Virus record (IMG/VR): IMGVR_UViG_3300038760_000071
Span: 16,260-80,259 of that record
Length of the DNA stretch: 64,000 nucleotides
Strand: one strand, 5' to 3'
Source of the DNA: a virus
Below, piece by piece: positions 58,892 through 64,000 of the stretch. Both the position numbers and the translations under genes were made by a program. Numbering within the stretch: the first letter of the stretch is position 1; each line of letters opens with the position of its first letter. The notes below the pieces were generated by a model. It made no database searches. It had not been told where the DNA came from and was given only the letters and a program-made list of their open reading frames with translations.

Positions 58892-59092
58892 ATGAAAGTA
58901 ATTAATAAAGAAAGTAAGATGAAGAGAGAAGAAGTTGTTAAGTTGGTTGAAGATTGTAATAAGAAGTTGAGAGAGTTGCGTAAGTTGTATATGAATGATT
59001 TTTTAGATGATGAAGGAGATGAGATTGTTGAGAACTTTTTTTATGAAGTGAGGGATTTGGTTGAGGAGGATTGGGCTTCAGAGGATTATTAG
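58892..59092 (+). CDS. Acidic early protein, C-depleted gene; paralog of 63144-63389
   Basis: 4 C in 201 nt by manual count; DCNKKLRELRKLYMNDFLDDEGD. Confidence 0.7.
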   Translation: MKVINKESKMKREEVVKLVEDCNKKLRELRKLYMNDFLDDEGDEIVENFFYEVRDLVEEDWASEDY

Positions 59093-59124
59093 GTTTTAAA
59101 AAGGAAACCTGATATAATAATAGT

Positions 59125-59403
59125 ATGAACAAATTAACATATAAGACACCAACAGCAAGAGACGTTAAAGTAGCATTCACCGCACTTGGGCATGATGTTA
59201 CAGATGCGCGCACCTTTAATGATCCTCGGAAATTCGGACGCCGAATCAAGCTTACAACAACTGTAGCATCAGCTGATCTAAACAATGTATCTGAGCTGCT
59301 AGTGAAGATGTTTCCAACATATAAATTTAATGTGAGTGAGTGTACCAATGCAGGATTAAGTTGCTATAACTACACCTCAGTACAGTGCCTTTTAACCAAG
59401 TAG
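59125..59403 (+). CDS. Hypothetical early protein
   Basis: Starts at a junction motif. Confidence 0.6.
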   Translation: MNKLTYKTPTARDVKVAFTALGHDVTDARTFNDPRKFGRRIKLTTTVASADLNNVSELLVKMFPTYKFNVSECTNAGLSCYNYTSVQCLLTK

Positions 59404-59435
59404 GACAAAACCAAAACAAACAAACAAACAAACAT

Positions 59436-59645
59436 ATGAAACGTAATAAAGAATGGCTCGCTAACAAGAACGCAACTAAGAATCCTAAGTTGTTTAACGT
59501 TAACATCTATCGTGATGCATCTGGTGAACTGCACCTTGTCGGTGGAGACACGGAAGTATATGATAAGCGCACTCAGGAATGGATGCCAGTTAACACACGA
59601 GCATTTGGCAATATGATTAATAGCCAAGGGATTCATACAGCATAA
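59436..59645 (+). CDS. Hypothetical protein
   Basis: MKRNKEW start after an A/C-rich leader. Confidence 0.55.
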   Translation: MKRNKEWLANKNATKNPKLFNVNIYRDASGELHLVGGDTEVYDKRTQEWMPVNTRAFGNMINSQGIHTA

Positions 59646-59751
59646 GGTAAGACGTCCTGAGCATGACATAAAACTGCTCCGTGTATAGCCCGGACGCACG
59701 TTAAAGATACCCGGGCACACTTTTAAATTGGAAATCTGATATAATAATAGT

Positions 59752-60003
59752 ATGAGCGATATAAACGAGTTAGTTGAGTTATTTGAAGATGCAGTGTATG
59801 AAAGACCATCAGAAAGAGATAGTGTATGTGAAGTTACTACTGCAATAGGGTATAGTTGTTTAGAGCACTTCCTAGATGATAATCCAGGCGCATGCGAGAA
59901 GATTCTGGAATTTATCACTGATCATTGCAAACTCTATGTTGAGTCGAACGCAGATGAGCCAGCATTCAAAGAGTTTGTAGGTGATGGTGAAGAGAGATAT
60001 TAA
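59752..60003 (+). CDS. Hypothetical acidic early protein
   Basis: Junction motif at start; LEHFLDDNPGACEKILEFI. Confidence 0.65.
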   Translation: MSDINELVELFEDAVYERPSERDSVCEVTTAIGYSCLEHFLDDNPGACEKILEFITDHCKLYVESNADEPAFKEFVGDGEERY

Positions 60004-60025
60004 GGAACTCTGATATAATATTAGT

Positions 60026-60205
60026 ATGAGCAAATTACAAAACGACATGTATCAACGAATTGATGGGCTAGTAAATATCAAATTGGTCGACGAATTTATC
60101 GACCAATTTGCGGCGATCTGCACTGATGTACAGAATGAAGAGCCATTTGAAACTGCAGATGTTATCAAATATCTCACAGCAAGGATGCAAGAAACGGAAC
60201 TCTGA
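60026..60205 (+). CDS. Hypothetical early protein (59 aa)
   Basis: Starts at one junction motif and stops in the next (TEL*). Confidence 0.6.
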   Translation: MSKLQNDMYQRIDGLVNIKLVDEFIDQFAAICTDVQNEEPFETADVIKYLTARMQETEL

Positions 60206-60217
60206 TATAATAATAAT

Positions 60218-60523
60218 ATGAAGATGATCAAATTAGGTAAATTTAAATTAGTGTTTGGCCAAATTGGCAATTGCATTACTAACATCCTCCACGTGAAGCT
60301 GCACAAGCTCATGGCTGGTAAGAAGACTGTTAAGGTTGGATGGCGTGGTAGTGATTGGGATGAGCTCGATGCTAGTATTACACTCAACAAGTGGTACGTA
60401 CCGATCAGCGCTACCTGGAATTCAACAAAACTAGCCAAGCGATTTGGCACACCATTTGAAGCTCCGTTCGGCACGTATCATGTCTGGGACTCAAAACTTC
60501 TCGGAGAACATATCGAACTCTAA
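60218..60523 (+). CDS. Hypothetical early protein
   Basis: Starts at a junction motif. Confidence 0.55.
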   Translation: MKMIKLGKFKLVFGQIGNCITNILHVKLHKLMAGKKTVKVGWRGSDWDELDASITLNKWYVPISATWNSTKLAKRFGTPFEAPFGTYHVWDSKLLGEHIEL

Positions 60524-60543
60524 ACCACAACACATACAACATA

Positions 60544-60858
60544 ATGAACAAAGTCCTATTACTACTAGTATTGTTAATTGTCAACGCGACCGCTGCTGAG
60601 AACGTTGTGAAGTTGGAAGCAGGTATGAACCAGAAAGAGCGGGTCCAGCTCCGCTTAGCTCGAGCGCGCATGCCAGAGATTACCAAGTACTCTCCAGCAT
60701 GGTTTAACGTCACCCGTACTGAAGCTGTATCCATCTCGACCGGGGCACGTGTACGTTGTGCAGTAGTTCGTCTCCGCTCCAATGGAGCTGTATACAAGAC
60801 AATCTTATTCAAGCCCTTCCAAGCGTCGGTGCTAGAGTATTGGAATCCATCCGAATGA
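60544..60858 (+). CDS. Secreted hypothetical protein
   Basis: Signal peptide MNKVLLLLVLLIVNATAA. Confidence 0.55.
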   Translation: MNKVLLLLVLLIVNATAAENVVKLEAGMNQKERVQLRLARARMPEITKYSPAWFNVTRTEAVSISTGARVRCAVVRLRSNGAVYKTILFKPFQASVLEYWNPSE

Positions 60859-61097
60859 CCGGGAGCAACCAACCACACCTCCCCATACTCGTTTTGCTTA
60901 TAGCATTAATGAACTTGGTACTTAGCGCAGCGAATGGAGTTATTGGCGTTTGGTATTCATCTAGCGCGTTGGTAATGGCAACACATATATGTATGTCATT
61001 TATTGGGCTAGGCGGAGTAGCTCTATGCACCTATGCAATTCTTAAGAAGTAAATAAGCGAGCTCAAAAATCAAAAGGAACTCTGATATAATATTAAT

Positions 61098-61274
61098 ATG
61101 AAGATACCAGCATATGAACAAGCAGAAATTGTTAAGCGTCTAGACGCTGATCCGCGATTGAAACGTCTAGTACAGGAGGCGACTGAGAGATGTGGTCACG
61201 AGTTAGGACTAGATGATGTTGTAGATATTCAGAATAGGTTCGAACAACGCTCCCTGATCATGATCAACCAATAG
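61098..61274 (+). CDS. Hypothetical early protein (58 aa)
   Basis: MKIPAYEQAEIV...; starts at a junction motif. Confidence 0.55.
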   Translation: MKIPAYEQAEIVKRLDADPRLKRLVQEATERCGHELGLDDVVDIQNRFEQRSLIMINQ

Positions 61275-61298
61275 AAGGAAACCTGATATAATAATAGT

Positions 61299-61520
61299 AT
61301 GCAGGAAGACAAATTAGAAGTTGGGTGTGAAGTGTTAACATCAGATGGTACCATTCATAGTATTGTATCAGTAGAATTTGGTGAAGCATGGGCTGAGTGG
61401 AAGAATGATGTAAGGCCATACTGGGAGATAGAATGGCCTTATACAGTAGGAATAGTTGGAAGTCCAGAAGTGGTAGCAGTAACTTGGCCACTCCGGAGCC
61501 CAGTATCACGAATCAAATAA
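61299..61520 (+). CDS. Hypothetical early protein
   Basis: Starts at a junction motif. Confidence 0.6.
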   Translation: MQEDKLEVGCEVLTSDGTIHSIVSVEFGEAWAEWKNDVRPYWEIEWPYTVGIVGSPEVVAVTWPLRSPVSRIK

Positions 61521-61563
61521 AATGCCACTAGTATTATAATATGGGAAAATTAAAAACTAACGG

Positions 61564-62466
61564 ATGAGGGTGATATCATCGAAGGAAGAAGCATCTAAAT
61601 ATGGCGCTCTAGATGATCCAGTAAAGATGTATTTCAAGCAGATGGGTAAAGCTCCTCTGCTGAACCGAGAGCAGGAGATTGAGATATCTAAGCGCATCGA
61701 GACAGCAGAGAGTAAGGCCATCATGATGAACGACAGCCCCGAGCGTCATCAGCATTGGATGCAGGAAGCGCAACGAGCCAAGACTGAGATGGTTGAAGCG
61801 AATCTCCGGTTGGTGATCTCCATTGCCAAGAAGTATATGAATCGTGGTCTACCGTTCCTCGATTTGATCCAGGAAGGTAACCTAGGGTTGATGAAGGCTG
61901 TGCGCAAGTTTGAGTATCGCCGCGGGTACAAATTCTCAACCTACGCCACGTGGTGGATTCGTCAGGCGATCACTAGCTCAATTGCCGACCAGTCAAGAAC
62001 GATTCGTATACCGATGCACGTGCTAGAGCTGATTAACAAACTTAGGCGCGTGGAGAAGCAGCTCGTACAGGAGTATGGTTACGAGCCAACCACTGAAGAG
62101 ATTGCTGCAGAGGTTCATCTACCAGTTGGGCGTGTACGTTCTGTCATGACAATGGCTCAACAGACCATCTCCCTTGAAGCACCCGTTGGTGGGAGTACTA
62201 CCACGTTTGGTGATTTCATTGAAGGTCATGCCGCTGAAGAGTCGGCAGAAGAGAATAGCTTATCACACCTCCATGATACAGTCCAACATGTGCTGAACAC
62301 TCTGACAGAGCGTGAGCGCGAGATCATAGTTCTTCGCTCCGGGTTGATCGATGGTCGCAGCTCCACCCTCGAGGAGGTAGGGAGACAATTTCAAGTCACG
62401 CGTGAGCGCATTCGTCAAATCGAAGCGAAGGCTCTCCGGAAGATGCGCGCGGTTATGCCACGCTAG
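61564..62466 (+). CDS. rpoD: RpoD-like group 1/2 sigma-70 factor
   Basis: [12 protein letters not shown] (region 1.2), [43 protein letters not shown] (region 2), [24 protein letters not shown] (region 4.2). Confidence 0.93.
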   Translation: MRVISSKEEASKYGALDDPVKMYFKQMGKAPLLNREQEIEISKRIETAESKAIMMNDSPERHQHWMQEAQRAKTEMVEANLRLVISIAKKYMNRGLPFLDLIQEGNLGLMKAVRKFEYRRGYKFSTYATWWIRQAITSSIADQSRTIRIPMHVLELINKLRRVEKQLVQEYGYEPTTEEIAAEVHLPVGRVRSVMTMAQQTISLEAPVGGSTTTFGDFIEGHAAEESAEENSLSHLHDTVQHVLNTLTEREREIIVLRSGLIDGRSSTLEEVGRQFQVTRERIRQIEAKALRKMRAVMPR

Positions 62467-62494
62467 CAAAAAGGAAATCTGATATAATAATAGT

Positions 62495-62704
62495 ATGACG
62501 GAAGACAAATTAGCTCGATTGGTTAAAGAATATTTCAACGATGAACTCGAATGTGCCAAGGCAATGGCCAAGGACGAGGAGAAGGTCATTACCGATGATG
62601 CAAACTTCAAGCGAGATATCTATATAGATGCGATTGAAATGCTCATCGCTGACATCGATTCGATCCAACGCTGTGAAGAAGATTTCGAATATGTAACTAG
62701 CTAG
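62495..62704 (+). CDS. Hypothetical acidic early protein
   Basis: Starts at a junction motif. Confidence 0.6.
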   Translation: MTEDKLARLVKEYFNDELECAKAMAKDEEKVITDDANFKRDIYIDAIEMLIADIDSIQRCEEDFEYVTS

Positions 62705-62727
62705 AGGAACTCTGATATAATAATAGT

Positions 62728-62952
62728 ATGACCGATAAAGAAAAGAAGACACGTTTCATCTTAACACGCCGCCCAGAGTTGCTAGCTAAGATGACCAAAG
62801 AACAGCTCATCGCAGCACGTGAGCATGTACAAGAGATGGACAGTACAGCACTGTGGGAGTGTTGGGCAACACATTTCAAACCTCTGTATGAACATAAAGT
62901 AACTGGCGCACGTTTGTCCAGACCTATTGCAGACAAACGTACTAGTCTCTAA
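62728..62952 (+). CDS. Hypothetical early protein
   Basis: Starts at the last junction motif. Confidence 0.6.
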   Translation: MTDKEKKTRFILTRRPELLAKMTKEQLIAAREHVQEMDSTALWECWATHFKPLYEHKVTGARLSRPIADKRTSL

Positions 62953-63143
62953 CACACCCCCCTCAGAAAAGATGATGGCTCTCTCTACCACACCCTTCTC
63001 TGAGAGAGCGGGGTCTATAGACAACGGCGTTCGAGATTGCTGTATATATGAGAAGGGGGAAAAGTACCTGCACCCCATGGCTCCACAACCGATTTTTTTC
63101 GCGGAAACTTCTAAATATCGGTTAACCTTTTATAAATAATATT

Positions 63144-63389
63144 ATGAGAAACAAAGATCGGCTGATTTGGGAAGCATTTCAATCTAATAGTACGAGTAAG
63201 TTAAATAAAGAACAAACTAAAGAGTTGGTTAACGATTGTTATAAAAAGTTCAGAGAGTTAAATAGGTTGTATAAGCAAGATTTTTTAGATGAAGCCGGTG
63301 ATAACGTTGTTGAGGAGTTTTTATATGATTTGCATGCTTCGATTGAGTTGGATCTTGGCATTGCCACTCGGCCCCATCAACGCGGGTAG
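63144..63389 (+). CDS. Late protein, paralog of 58892-59092
   Basis: TATAAATA upstream; DCYKKFRELNRLYKQDFLDEAGD. Confidence 0.65.
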   Translation: MRNKDRLIWEAFQSNSTSKLNKEQTKELVNDCYKKFRELNRLYKQDFLDEAGDNVVEEFLYDLHASIELDLGIATRPHQRG

Positions 63390-63574
63390 GTTTAAAAGGT
63401 AAATCTGAATACCTGAAAACACTACCTAGGTAGTAAACAGAATTACAGTTAACTATAAACAATTAGGGTTGGGAGATCTAAAGGAGAGCGCACGTCACAT
63501 AGGTATTTCAGAAGTCTCGATGCCACACCATTTTTTCGCGAAATATCTTACCCCTACTATAAATAAATTTATAC

Positions 63575-63838
63575 ATGAGCGCAAAAGATTTACAGTACAT
63601 TAAAGAGGCCTGGGAAGGTATGAACTCGACGTCGAGTTCAAACTCGACCCCGGCTGAAACTGCCCACCAAGCAGCAGATAAGAGTGTTATTAATATCGAT
63701 GGGTGGGCCGAAGAGCTGGCTGATTCTCTGGGTGATGATTCTCTAGAATATTTTATTAACAACTTCGAGCTAGTTTCAGGTACCCTTATGGAAGCGTTAA
63801 AAGACGAGCATCAGTACCGGACTAGTCCGAGAGACTAA
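63575..63838 (+). CDS. Hypothetical late protein
   Basis: TATAAATA upstream; DLQYIKEAW N-terminus. Confidence 0.6.
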   Translation: MSAKDLQYIKEAWEGMNSTSSSNSTPAETAHQAADKSVINIDGWAEELADSLGDDSLEYFINNFELVSGTLMEALKDEHQYRTSPRD

Positions 63839-64000
63839 CTAACAAGACCCCGGATATTCTATTACCAGTGTAACCGGATATCCGGGTTGCTGATCTCTAG
63901 AGCTTCCGAATTTGGTAGATATCTTTATAACACTCGGGAAGAGGTAGTGCACTGGGAGCAATCGGAGTTTAGGGGTACCGGTGCATGAGGAGGCCGGGGC

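Overview
A 64-kb segment of a large, AT-rich T4-like myophage. The left part (1-32.5 kb) is mostly a minus-strand virion module: baseplate gp6/gp25/gp53/hub-like genes, tail tube, tail sheath, neck and a fibre-like protein, plus a clamp loader and dUTPase. Many of these genes follow T4-type late promoters (TAAATA). The right part (32.6-64 kb) is a plus-strand accessory/early region. It holds sugar-nucleotide enzymes, a sulfotransferase, ThyX, a RadA-like ATPase, a lytic transglycosylase, four tRNAs, an RpoD-like sigma factor and many small ORFs. Four features stand out. (1) The large terminase is broken into three genes joined by two atypically split inteins with opposite charge patterns. The middle gene supplies only the 11-residue Walker B peptide, and the N-terminal gene also carries a class-3 cis intein. 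(2) About 35 copies of a junction motif (AAGGAACTCTGATATAATaatagtATG) can give the upstream gene a stop in any frame and the next gene an extended -10 promoter and start codon, which makes a cassette-like array. (3) A tandem array of Trp-rich tetrad-repeat microproteins lies near a DUF6745-like gene. (4) Several early genes are almost free of cytosine on the coding strand. All product calls come from motif recognition only; no database searches were run.
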